This document shows positions 11,340 to 23,561 of a DNA stretch of 47,592 bases, piece after piece. The notes beneath the pieces were generated by a model. The model was not told the DNA's origin and did not search any database. It was given only the letters and a program-made list of their open reading frames with translations. Within the stretch, counting starts at the first letter, position 1, and each line of letters begins with the position of its first letter. This DNA is from Nemertoderma westbladi (taxonomy: Eukaryota; Animalia; Xenacoelomorpha), in assembly GCA_032718475.1 (NCBI GenBank), contig JAUCBJ010003358.1, positions 1-47,592 on the forward strand, read 5' to 3'. The position numbers were made by a program, and so were the translations under genes.

Positions 11340-11720
11340 ACAACACTTTACAGCTTTACAAAAACATTTCAGTCAGTTAATTACTTTATATTTTTCTCTC
11401 TGCCACAACCTCACATCCTCTGATAGTAAACTGAATATTTATTTATTTGTACTTCCCTCCTGTTTCACTCTAGCATACTTGAGGCCGGTAGGTCAGCTGT
11501 TAGAGATAGAATATATGCAATTTAAGACTGCCCGTTCAATAGAAGTGGATTAGGTTGGAGTTTGAGTGTCAGGGGCTAGTAGCTGAGCTGGTTAGCGCTA
11601 CTGATGAGGTCTGTTAGGCCGAAACGTCGTATAGCGCTGGTTCAATCCCAGGTGACGCACTTTCTCATTTTTTCCACATAGTATACTGATCCCAGGTTGA
11701 TATTTAATTTCAACCCATGT
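11340..11720 (+). mobile_element. Decayed Penelope-like element 3' end / pseudo-LTR remnant
   Basis: ORF 11320-11553 (YFSLCHNLTSSDSKL...LLEIEYMQFKT) loosely follows the C-terminus of Penelope GIY-YIG endonucleases and is directly followed by a minimal hammerhead, the usual PLE arrangement. Boundaries approximate. Confidence 0.5.
11592..11640 (+). ncRNA. Minimal type I hammerhead ribozyme
   Basis: Stem I AGCGCTA (11594-11600) / TAGCGCT (11632-11638); core CTGATGA (11601-11607); stem II GGTCT-gtt-AGGCC; GAAAC; minimal stem III; cleavage triplet GTA (cut after 11631). Confidence 0.88.
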
Positions 11721-12514
11721 TGAAATTCAAGAAATAAATTTGTCAAAATTAAAATTAAATATAAGTTGTTTTTGCCGTTTTCAGTTACATGTAATATTGT
11801 TCGTGTGACTAACGAAGTTGATGTATCTGCAAGTGCGGAATTTGTACCGCACATTGCAAGATTTCTAAATAATGTTCTTGAATAATGAACATCAAAGCCA
11901 AAATAATAAACTACTGACCAATTACACTAATACAAATACCTATAGTACTAATTAATTTATTGTCAGTTGTTATTAATTTCATATTATGTTAAACTAACGA
12001 TTAAGTTCATAAAGGTGTGCAAATTAATTTTTTTTCGAAGAATCTCTCACTTTAAAGTGCCTGTCAATTAGGCATAAAGGTGCAGCAATAATTGCTATTA
12101 GTCCTCATTACAATTTGAATTAAAGGATTCAAACTTTTCCGCAACTAATTAAAGGTCGCTGTGTTAGAACTGCACTATGTCAGACAAAGAGATCACCACT
12201 CCAGAGCCCTCTCAGAATAATTTGCCCACCCCCTTCCCTCCCAGCTCTTATCCTTACGAGTACAACAACACCTTCAGCAGGAGACCCAATGCAGTTGTTA
12301 TAATTCTGCCAAGATTAATAATTAAATCTGCGTTTCATTCAATTTATATGTATAGGAGGGGTGAAGTGGAAATAACACATATTATTGTATTTTCAATTCA
12401 AGATTTAAGATGTACTGTGTGTATGGAAATGAGATATTACTATGAAATGGATTTGTCTGAGGCTTAACAGGGTGGTAGGATTACCTTTATTACAGATAGT
12501 TAATATAGCAGTGA

Positions 12515-12720
12515 GTATATATCACCCCTTGAAGTTTAGTTAGCAAGTCGTAAGTCTTGATTACTGTAAGAAAAAAAGCTACTGACTACTGGCTACTGAG
12601 TACTGGTACTGACTACTGACTATTGGCTACTGAGTACTGGCTACTGACCTAGAGCAAAAACGGCTCTAACTATTTTGATGAAATTTTGCATGGACCATGA
12701 AAATCGATTTCTTTATTATT
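12515..12720 (+). mobile_element. Helitron/HINE-like non-autonomous fragment with a (CTACTGR)n 7-bp microsatellite
   Basis: About 7 copies of CTACTGA/CTACTGG at 12579-12648 followed by CAAAAACGGCTCTAACTATTTTGATGAAATTTTGCATG, resembling the DINE/HINE core. Confidence 0.4.
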
Positions 12721-14269
12721 TTGGTTTGAATAACATGTCGATGTAACCTGTTCCTTTCCTTGAATTGATAAGTATTCTAATTACTACTCTAATCATTTCT
12801 AATCAATCACTACTCTCATCATTGGTATTGACTCACATTATTATTAATTATCGACAATATTAATTCAACGAGATGGTATTAGCCTCAAATCTCTAATTAG
12901 CCTCTCAATTCAATGCCTAAATGCTAAAGAGAAATCAAACGTTAATTAAACTGCAAACGCAGACACAGTAAACTCCTGTAAATTTAGCACTGAACCATGA
13001 ATAAGTAATAACACCATAAGCATCACTCCGTCCCACCACGCCCATGTTTAGAACCTGCAAAGTTTAGTATCAGCAATTCTAGGAACGCACCCCTAGTAGT
13101 GCATCCAAGCTTTACATTATTATATTACGTTAGGTGTAATACGGTGTCCGGTGTCGTCTATTCATTACTTAATACCGGTATCCTTTAGTTGTGTTTAACA
13201 CTAATCAAGCGCTAGATCCCGCATTGGAAATAAATATAATCTATTATTCTATGAAGATTTCCTTAATTAAAGGAGTAAAATAAAGTTAACTTTATACAAT
13301 GCGTGACATACACACACCTACACACCTCAACAGCGCATTTAAGTTAAAATAAAGTTTGAAATTGAGAAGGGATCGAAATAAAAATTGTGAGTACAATTAT
13401 TATTGGTCTGAGTTGAATATGTGAACATTCACTGGCATCATTCAACAGTCCAGATATGGGGGGGGGGGGGGGGGGGGATACTTTCGGCGCAATAAAAATG
13501 AATCCCTCTCCAAACTCCACTCCAGGGGAAATTCGACGCAAATAACAGCTGATTACTCCTAAAAATAAAACTGTAACCTGTTCTATTGAGTTTCTTTTTT
13601 TGTTTTGGTTAGAATAACGTACTACTGTAACCTGGTCCTTTCCCTAAATCGGTAATTTAGTAATAAAACGAAATATTAATTCGCTGAGATGGGAGTTGCG
13701 TCCAGTTTCCCCCTGTCGCTAACTGTCACAAATTTGATGTGGTAATTAGTGGGTAATTCTAATTATAACAAAAAAATTACCAATGAGAATGAAAAATTAT
13801 CAGACTTGATTGTGTGTAAAGCAGCGTAGGTTTCAAATGTATTCATTCTATTTAAACATAGACAGAACTGTGCGTAGAGGTAATAATTATCACAAGAAAA
13901 TATAATTAATTTTAATCTCGGATAAGAACTACATTAAATAAAAAAAATAAAAGATTATCATATTTAAGACCCGTCATGAAATAATTGCTTGTCATTAGAT
14001 CGTGTGCGTACAACGCAATCGGATCATTTTATAGTAACACACATGACAGCCGCAAAGTATAGTAGATAGCATAAGGGATAAAATAATCATTACGCCATAT
14101 CATGATGAAATTTTGTCTTATCGAAATAATCAACAATTATATTTAATCCAAAAAATTTATTTTCAAAAAAATATGGATTTTTATAAATTATATTTAACAT
14201 AAAATGTAATATATTAATAAGTTATTATTTTTAAAGAGGAATTATTATTTGTCTGAAGTCTGTAAGTCT

Positions 14270-15335
14270 AGTTCGATTTGAGGCATACAATCACACACAG
14301 TCAAAAATGGTCATTTGCACTCACATACAACCACAAACGAACACATACACTACAGTACACATACAACCACAAACGATCACATACACTCAAATACAATCAC
14401 ATACAGCCACAAACGATCACATACACTCAAATACAATCACATACAGTACAGTACACATACAACAACAAACGATCACATACACTCAAATACAATCACATAC
14501 AATACAGTACACATACAACCACAAACGATCACATACACTCAAATACAATCACATACAACCACAAACGATCACATACACTCAAATACAATCACATACAGCA
14601 CAGTACACATACAATCACCTGCTTGTGGTCAAAATGTTATATTAGATCACAAAATATTAATTACATTGTAGATTCCAGTCCCCACATTGAACAACTGCAC
14701 CCATACTACAACGTGTGTTTGGAATGTTATATTAACTGTATGGAAAAGGGGACACTTGAAACTATCGCATTATACTGGGGTCGGTGAAATTTTCAAAACT
14801 CAAACACAAATTTACACACGTATTTGACAGGTTTGGGTGGAACAGGGGACATCGCCGAAATGATCTGAAATTTTCAGAATCCATTAATTTTAGTACGTAG
14901 ATTTCATTTTTGATATCTTTTCATTCCTGGGACGTCCCCGGATTGTAGATCGTCCCCGGTTTGTGGCTGTGTATTCATGCAATTGTCCCCTGTTTGAACC
15001 GGTTCACCTACACTCAAATACAATCAGATACAACCATAAATGATCACATACACTCAAATACAATCACATACAGTACAGTACACATACAACCACAAACGGT
15101 CACATACACTCAAATACAATCACATACAGTACAGTACACATACAACCACAAACGATCACATACACTCAAATACAATCACATACAGTACAGTACACATACA
15201 ACCACAAACGATCACATACTGTCTAATTTTAATGATTCATTACGATTTGGAACATATATTGATTATAGCTTTGATATCGTATCACTCAACTACAGTAATT
15301 GGCAATCTTTATCCCTATTGTTGCTGTACTGTGGT
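14270..15335 (+). repeat. Minisatellite-bearing dispersed element, copy A (40/57-bp units), interrupted by an unrelated ~380-bp insert
   Basis: Units CACATACAACCACAAACGATCACATACACTCAAATACAAT with or without CACATACAGTACAGTA. Non-repetitive ends are shared with the inverted copy at 17430-19085. Insert at about 14620-15003. Confidence 0.85.
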
Positions 15336-15425
15336 ACACTGTTCAGCTGTAGCCATGAACTACTTCAGTAGTCCTTGGCTGTAGCTTATACCGGTACTGC
15401 TAATTACAAATTATACTCCAGAATA

Positions 15426-15896
15426 GGGTTGGTGCGCGAAAAAATTTGTTGAGCAAGAAACAATAGAATAAGGGGTAACAAGGTGCTCTGAATCGAGTGG
15501 CGGGATGTATTTATTGTTAAAACACGTGGAAACGGTCGAAATGGCGGGTTTAATAAATCGTGGAAGGCCAATTTTGATAATCGGCTGTGATTGGCAGCTA
15601 CATATTTGACGTCATTACGCAGTGATCTGTTATTTTTTTATCTTGGTTTCTATGGAGAGAGATTTTCAATCGATTCAAAAACACATTATCAGTTTGACGT
15701 CATTACTGCGTCGTTAAATATGTAGCAGCCAATCACAGTCGATTTTCAAAATTAGCTTCCCGCGCTTACTTAAACCCGCCATGTCGACCATTTCCTCGTG
15801 TTTTTACAAAATACACACCCCGCCACTCGATTCAGGTCACCTTCTTACCCCTTATTCATTTGTTTCAATACCAACAACTTTTTCGCGCGCCAACCC
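15426..15896. mobile_element. MITE, 471 bp, with ~190-bp imperfect TIRs and TA flanks (Tc1/mariner-like non-autonomous)
   Basis: GGGTTGGTGCGCGAAAAA ... TTTTCGCGCGCCAACCC with inverted homology continuing inward (e.g. TGAATCGAGTGGCGGG / CCCGCCACTCGATTCA). TA at 15424-15425 and 15897-15898. Confidence 0.85.
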
Positions 15897-16404
15897 TATG
15901 TAGTAGGCTACATGGGCTAGCCTATCCATCCCAGGATGATGGATCATCCTGCTCTATTACTACCGATGTGTGTAATACCCGCCATTGTCATAGACTGGTA
16001 TAATAATTGGGCTTCCGTAGTAATAGATATAGATCAGGATCCCGAATCCAGGGAAAGGCTGGCCTATATTCTAATCATAATTCTGAAATTATATAATGTA
16101 TAATTAAACGCAATAATTTTTATTGTCCGTTTAAATCCTTTTTTTGTCCTTTTTTTTTTATTTTTTATGTCCTCCAAAAATCTAATGTCAGGTTCCATGC
16201 TACCGGTTTCTCTACTGCTGTTCTCTCAGGCTATCAGTACCGGTATTAGTATACATAGCACTATTTTGCTGCATTGTATGTACAGATGTAGGTATAAAGC
16301 AGGCATTTCTGTATTTTAGTACCGGTACCGGCACCGGTACTGCTGCAGGCCTACTGTGTAGCCTACCATTTAAATACGGTACTGGTAGGCCTACCGGCTG
16401 ACCG

Positions 16405-17010
16405 GTTGTTTTGGTTAGAAAATCCCGCCTCATCTGTAACCTGCTCCTTTGCCTGATTTGGTAAAGTGACCGTTTATTGTTTTGGTTAGAAAGGCCCGCC
16501 TCTGTAACCTGCTCCTTTCCTTCATTTTGTAAAGTGACTGTTTATTGTTTTGGTTAGAAAATCCCGCCTCTGTAACCTGCCCCTTTCCCTCAATTAATTA
16601 AGTGATCGTTTATTGTTTTGGTTAGGAAATCCCGCCTCTGTAACCTGCTCCTTTCTCTCAATTGGTAATGTTATCGTTTATTGTTTTGGTTAGAAAATCC
16701 CGTCTCTGTAACCTGCTCCTTTCCCTGATTTGGTAAAGTGACTGTTTATTGTTTTGGTTAGAAAATCCCGCATCTGTAACCTGCTCCTTTCTCTCAATTG
16801 GTAATGTTATCGTTTATTGTTTTGGTTAGAAAATCCCGTCTCTGTAACCTGCTCCTTTCCCTCAATTAGTTAAATGATCGTTTATTGTTTTGGTTAGAAA
16901 ATCCCGCCTCTGTAACCTGCTCCTTTCCCTGATTTGGTAAAGTGACTGTTTATTGTTTTGGTTAGAAAATCCGGCCTTAACCTGCTCCTTTCCATCAATT
17001 GGTAATTGTT
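16405..17010 (+). repeat. 68-bp tandem repeat, about 9 units
   Basis: Unit GTTTATTGTTTTGGTTAGAAAATCCCGCCTCTGTAACCTGCTCCTTTCCCT plus a 17-bp segment present in 2-3 recurring variants. Confidence 0.92.
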
Positions 17011-17429
17011 TTTGGCTATAAAATGAGTGTTTTGCTACGTCATGTGGTAATCGATTATCGACAACAACCACAAACTATTAAATTTAGAGTCTTTTACCAC
17101 AGGCGCATATGGAATTCTATCTCATAGTCTATAAATCATGGAATCATGGAATGTTTTGGCACAGGCATAGTGAAACCAACTGTCCGACAGACCAGAAATC
17201 AACAAATTTTGAATGTTTTGGCATAGGCATGTTGAAATCAACTGTCTGACAGTCCAGAAATCAGCAGTCTGACAGTTTGAAGAAATACATACATAAAAAG
17301 TCATTAAAAGGACAATAAAAGTCATTAAAAGGACAACAAAAGTCATTATGCACAATTCGTAAAAAAAGGAGGACAAAAAAAGTCAAATAAAAGGACATAA
17401 AAAATCACTGCCATAATTAAACAATTCCG

Positions 17430-19085
17430 GTATCGCAGTAGTCCAGCAATAATAGGGATAAACACAGACAATTAGTTGAGCGAAAAGATATAACAAATAA
17501 TCAATATATGATCGAAATCGCAATGAATAATTAAAATTAGACTGTATGTGATCGTTTGTGGTTGTATGTGATTGTTTGTGGTTGTATGTGATTGTATTTG
17601 AGTGTATGTGATCGTTTGTGATTGTATGTGATTGATTTGAGTGTATGTGATCGTTTATGGTTGTATGTGTAGGCCTACGGTATTTTATGTGATTGTATTT
17701 GAGTGTATGTGATCGTTTGTGGTTGTATGTGATTGTATTTGAGTGTATGTGATCGTTTGTGGTTGTATGTGATTGTATTTGAGTGTATGTGAACGTATGT
17801 GATTGCATTTGAGTGTATGTGATCGTTTGTGGTTGTATGTGTACTGTATTGTAAGTGATTGTAATTGAGTGTATGTGATTGTTTGTGGTTGTATGTGATT
17901 GTATTTGAGTGTATGTGATCGCTTGTGATTGTATTTGAGTGTATGTGATCGTTTGTGGTTGTATGTGATTGTATTTGAGTGTATGGGACCGTTTGTTGTT
18001 GTATGTGTACTATACTGTATGTGATTGTAATTGAGTGTATGTGATCGTTTGTGGTCGTATGTGATTGTATTTGAGTGTATGTGATCGTTTGTGGTTGTAT
18101 GTGTACTGTACTGTATGCGATTGTATTTGAGTGTATGTGATCGTTTGTGGTTGTATGTGTACTGTACTGTATGTGATTGTATTTGAGTGTATATGATCGT
18201 TTGTGGTTGTATGTGATTGTATTTGAGTGTATGTGATAGTTTGTGGTTGTATGTGTACTGTACTGTATGTGATTGTATTTGAGTGTATGTGATCGTTTAT
18301 AGTTGTATGTGATTGTATTTGTATGTATTTAATCGTTTGTGGTTGTATATGTACTGTACTGTATGTGATTGTATTTGAGTGTATGTGACCGTTTGTTGTT
18401 GTATGTGTACTATACTGTATGTGATTGTAATTGACTGTATGTGATCGTTTGTGGTTGTATGTGATTGTATTTGAGTGTATATGATCGTTTGTGGTTGTAT
18501 GTGATTGTATTTGAGTGTATGTGATAGTTTGTGGTTGTATGTGTACTGTACTGTATGTGATTGTATTTGAGTGTATGTGATCGTTTATAGTTGTCTGTGA
18601 TTGTATTTGAATGTATGTAATCGTTTGTGGTTGTATATGTACTGTACTGTATGTGATTGTATTTGAGTGTATGTGACCGTTTGTTGTTGTATGTGTACTA
18701 TACTGTATGTGATTGTAATTGAGTGTATGTGATCGTTTGTGGTTGAATGTGATTGTATTTGAGTGTATGTGATCGTTTGTGGTTGTATGTGATTGTATTT
18801 GAGTGTATGTGATCGTTTGTGGTTGTATGTGTACTGTACTGTATGTGATTGTATTTGAGTGTATGTGATCGTTTCTGGTTGTATGTGTACTGTACTGTAT
18901 GTGATTGTATTTGAGTGTATGTGATCGTTTGTGGTTATATGTGATTGTATTTGAGTGTATGTGATAGTTTGTGGTTGTATGTGTACTGTACTGTATGTAA
19001 TTGTATTTGAATGTATGTGATCGTTTGTGGTAGTATGTGAGCGAGCGTATTTAGCCATTTTTGACTGTATGCCTCGAATCGAACC
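17430..19085 (-). repeat. Minisatellite-bearing dispersed element, copy B (inverted; array about 1.5 kb)
   Basis: Reverse complement of the copy A units over 17543-19040. End CCATTTTTGACTGTATGCCTCGAATCGAAC matches the copy A start GTTCGATTTGAGGCATAC...CAGTCAAAAATGG. Confidence 0.88.
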
Positions 19086-19228
19086 AGCCCATAAGTGATT
19101 TATAACCTAAGTTTAGAGTACAGGTATGACATGTATTCAAGCATTATGAATCACATGATGTGACAAATATTTAATTGGTCAAGATAATGAAACTGTAGAT
19201 ATTAATTTTCTTATTAGACACACAGTGT

Positions 19229-19453
19229 TGTGTTGCGTAGATCATATATTGCATATATTAAGTATCAGTATTATTATGATATTAGATCCGCACACCAGTA
19301 TTCTGCATTACATACAACAAACAGCAGCAGTATCAAGCAGTATCGCAGTACTGCAGTACAGCAGTATCAACTCACTACCAGCAGACCGGTACAGTCCCGA
19401 ACTGACAATACTGATTACATGAACTTAGATCCTTTGAGCTTTCACTCACTACA
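19229..19453 (-). repeat. 3' LTR (225 bp)
   Basis: Identical by eye to 23574-23832 except that it has one fewer copy of a 34-bp unit. TG...CA termini. Confidence 0.97.
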
Positions 19454-19470
19454 TCCCCCCCAGTTTTTTC
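19454..19470 (-). promoter_or_regulatory. Polypurine tract
   Basis: Minus strand GAAAAAACTGGGGGGGA immediately before the 3' LTR. Confidence 0.85.
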
Positions 19471-19597
19471 AAAACTTTAATTTAATACAATGAACTGTAA
19501 GTGTGTCATAGTTTCAGTTTTAGTTTGGTAGTCATGCGCTGCCATATAATAATGTTCTCAGGTTAGTTCGAAATAATTCGCAAAGTGCCACTATTAT

Positions 19598-22500
19598 TCA
19601 ACACTCTTCAATATACCTTGAGGGGGGGCGTACTTGACGACCGATGCGCGTTGTTGGCCTAGCAGTTACCTCATCATGAGAGTCGTCGTCTTCGTCTTTA
19701 TACTCGCTATCATCGTCATCACTGCCATTGTCGCCTTCCATACTATGATATATGTCACGTTCTTGTTGGTAGATGTTTTCTGGTTCACATGTTTTTCTGA
19801 CATCGTTAAAATGTCTTCTTACTCCTTTAATTACCACTGCCCAGTTGTCCACCGAGTCTACACGAACTGGACCTTTCCACTGTCTCCAGCACTTCACATG
19901 GCTACCCGGTTTAACATATACCCAATCACCAGGTGCTATTTTGTGCATTGGCACTGTTGTGTCTACTGCAATTTCAACAGGGGTGATTCCAGGTAACTTT
20001 GATCTACGTTCTGCGAGACCTCAGAAACACGTCTCAGCTGGTGTCGTGTCTTTGTTTCTCCCTTTGGTGTTATTAAACCAGAAAGCGGCCTGTTCCAGTG
20101 TTTTACCAGATCGCGCAGCCCAGGCCTTACAGTTCGATGTACTCGTTCAACAGGATTGCCCTGAGGTCGATAGGCACATGCATATGACAACTGTACTTCC
20201 CACAACTTCATGAATTCTTGCAAGTCTGTGCTCCAAAACGCTGGGCCATGGTCCGCAATAACTTGATCAGGGGGGCCCATTTCTGTAAAAATCTGTTGCA
20301 GTTGCCGGATTGCACTGGCTGCAGTTAGATTCGCAACACGCCAAATTATTGTATAGCTCGTTGCACAATCTTTGACAGAGAGATAATGGCGAGTTCCATA
20401 TTCGACAAAGTCTATTGATAATCGGGTCCATGCATGCTTTACTTTCGTGGAACCTGCGTCCCAATGAAGAGGACTTGGGTCGATGCTGCTGCATTGGGGA
20501 CACTGATGACAGACCTCTCTAATGAGTTTTTTATTCACTTGGCTGTTCAATTCACGATCTTGAGCACACAATTCGGTTGTGCGCTCCACTCCAGGATGAA
20601 ATATTTGATGTATCTCAGTAACTCTATCACGTATATCAGTAACAGCTGCAACGTCTGCTTGTATAGTTGTATCTTCATCGCATTCTTCAACATTTTGTTT
20701 TAGCCATGTCTTGGGAACCCGAGTCATCGGATCTGCTTTGTTTTCATTCGTACCGATTAGATAAGGATGAAAAGTGAGCTCGAACTCTTTGATTGTGGTT
20801 GCTAACAGGTCTAGACGTCTAGTGATTAATTTTCTCGACTGTCCCTTAGTTTTAATGCGATGAGAATCAGTAACCACGGCCTTTAACCAACTGAATGCCA
20901 CCTTCGAATCGACCATCAATTCTATTTCTTTTAGGCCCCAATCTATAGCTAAATTCAAGCCGTCAATAGCTGCGTCAAGCTCAGCAATGTTGATGTGACT
21001 GGAATCGTTTGCCTTCTGTAACCAAGCAGAGTCTTCCACTGTTGTACCACCAATCTCGATAATGATTCCTTTTGCGATTGAACTTGCATCAGTCCACACC
21101 ACACCACGGGTTGTAGACTGAACCACCCACTCTCCTGTCAATGGATCATCAGTTATTAAGCGTTCCACTGTTTCTTTCACCATTACCTGTATGCTGTCGT
21201 CCACTACACAATCCCATGGAATACCACTGCAGCATCTTTGTAGCCACGCACAAGCGGGCCGTAACCATCCTGATATCGGGTAGTGGCCAATCAATTTACC
21301 ACACAACACATATAAATCACGTCGCGTTATTCTATCAAGAACTTTACCAGGTATCTCAGAGTCTCGATTCCATAACAACCTACCATTTCGATCCTCGGTG
21401 ATACGTAATCCAAGTACTCGACTACCATTTTGAATTGGTTCTGATGGTTTTGTTATCAACCCATATTCAGCTAAGTGCATGCGAACTTTATCTGCCGAAA
21501 TACGATCTGTATTAATATAAATGTCATCCCGAAAATTAGCACTAGAGTTACCCACTTCCTCATTCTCAGCCAAAACTGTCTCGACCACACGGTCCATGAT
21601 TTTTGGAGCAGGTGCCATCCCATATCCCATAACCGTCACGATGTACCGACGCCCCTTATAGACCACAGTTTGAAAGGTTCGCAAGGATTCACTTATTTTA
21701 ATTTGCAGATACGCCCAGCGTAAATCTACAATAACAGTTTTACTTCCCATACGGCGCCAGATACGCATTTTCTCCCCGCACACCGCAGCTTCACGTCCTG
21801 GAGAGTTTTCAATATAACGATTAAGTTCTCTACAGTCCAATATAGGACGAATTCGCTCCTTCTTCGGCTCATGCTTATCCATGATCGGTAATGTTCCCTT
21901 CACTTCTCCATGTTGAAGTGGATCATACTCAATAATCCAACCTTGATCGATCCACTCTTCCATTGCTTTCTCAAACATATCTTGATGATCGGGACGAATT
22001 TTATACTGGGTCACGGTGTTATGCAGCGTTGGAATCTGTCCATTTTTCCATTTAAACTCAGCTATCCAGTCCTTACCATCGAATGTGCAGTGGAAATCCG
22101 ACTCATTCAATTCGATTATAGGTTCAACTCTTGATTTAACAGCAGTCAATGGTGGTGAGTTTACAACGACATTACTCATCTTGGCAGCTCCGCCTACCAT
22201 TTCGTTCAGCGCACACTGGTTGGTTTTTCCATGAAGCACCTTTATCAACATAATTGGACTCATCTGCTTTATGATATTGTACCCCAAAATTACCATCTCT
22301 CCATTCAGTATTTTTAAAATAACTAGAAAAGTGTTTGAAAGTTGTTGCACAATACCATCTATTTTATCAATGTTTATAACAATTTCGCCAATCACCTGGG
22401 TCTCTGACTCGCCATCTAACATTACAATATTATGTTTCCTGTTTTCTTCAGAATAATATTTTACGCAGATATTTCTCTGTTTACACCATTGATAGGATAC

Positions 22501-22657
22501 CAGAGATTTGCTACAGCCAGAATCTATAAGCGTGTTTACTTTAAACTCCCTCCCTCCCTGTTTCATCCCGAACCTGCATGCCAACAACTGGGACAATGTT
22601 CTCTAATTTTGCGAGGAACCGTCCGTTGGCTGCAACGGCCCTTGCCTCCCGTTTCCC
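19598..22657 (-). pseudogene. pol: Pol polyprotein (aspartic protease, RT, RNase H, integrase), frameshifted
   Basis: PR LIDSGC; RT RPILDCRELN, VDLRWAYLQI, MGYGMAPAP, NFRDDIYI; RNase H VWTDAS, HINIAELDA, MVDS, NKADPMTR; IN H-H-C-C, LSIDF, IADHG, VERVHRT; C-terminal WKGP and RQVRPPSRY. Lesions: inferred extra GGGA at 22547-22558, 1-nt loss at about 20127, TGA at 20021-20023. Confidence 0.93.
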
Positions 22658-23525
22658 GACTGAGCATCACCATTACCCTGCCATCTATTTCCCAGGACTC
22701 CAGAATTTCCACCAGTAGTGTTATTACGTCCACCACCACGACAACCCCTAGCAACATGACCCGGTTCACCACATTTAAAGCAAGCATCGCTATTTCCTCC
22801 CCTTGCTCCTCGAATACTGTTTGGATAATCACGTGCAAAATGTCCAAATTGCTCGCACTGAAAGCATCGTCCATCGTTACCATTGCCACGCTCACTGCTA
22901 CCATACCCATAATTCGCACCGGCACCGCGACCAACGCCCGATCCTCCTCGCATTCCACTTCTCCCGCGATTTTGCCAACCGCGAATTCCCAAAGCACCAA
23001 ATCTCTCGACAGTGACGTGTTGTTCCGCTAACATTCGTTCGCTTGACCTAATAGCTCCTCGATTGCAACCTTACCTGCCATCGCCTTAACTTCGCTACGT
23101 ATGCTATCTGGGAGTCCATTCACGAATTGAACTGCAAGTATGTCACTCGCACATTTACTTTTTGTATCCTCGGTAAACAAAGATATCAAACGCCTTAAGT
23201 CAGCTAAATATGTGTCAGCTGTTTCGTTTCCCAGCAACGTTCGATTCTTAAACTTTTCGTATGCTGTATAAGCGGTATCTGCGAACGCCTCGATCAACTT
23301 GCGACGAATCACATCAATATCACTTTTCTCAGTTTCTGTTAATTGGCTAATTACATCGTGAGCTGCCCCTTTCAAGCATAATCGCAAGTAGGTCGCTCGA
23401 CTCTCTTCGTTTAGTTTCGATTCAATCATTAATATTTCAAAAATATCATTAAACGTGTTTAACCATGCACACGGGTCGCTCGTTCCGTCGTACTTGCTGA
23501 CGTAGTCTGATATCTTAGGCGCCAT
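22603..23525 (-). pseudogene. gag: Gag with two CCHC zinc knuckles, split by a 1-nt frameshift at about 23038
   Basis: YDGTSDPCAWL...LCLKGAA...QFVNGLP capsid-like region (23525-23028). RG-rich region with CFQCEQFGHFARDY (last Cys replaced by Tyr) and CFKCGEPGHVARGC in the next frame. Confidence 0.9.
22651..22657 (-). promoter_or_regulatory. Candidate -1 ribosomal frameshift slippery site G GGA AAC
   Basis: X XXY YYZ heptamer in the correct gag phase, followed by hairpin CCGTTG-CAGC-CAACGG. The -1 frame is open past the gag stop. Confidence 0.6.
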
Positions 23526-23561
23526 TATAATAATACTCGGTACCGGTATAGCACTAACAAG

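Noticed and set aside
14278-19058. His/Thr/Gln-rich ORFs
   Set aside because: Translations of the 40/57-bp minisatellite, open in several frames.
22597-22605. gag-pol stop-codon readthrough at a single TAG
   Set aside because: Better explained by a -1 slippery site plus a secondary 4-bp duplication; kept only as the alternative hypothesis.
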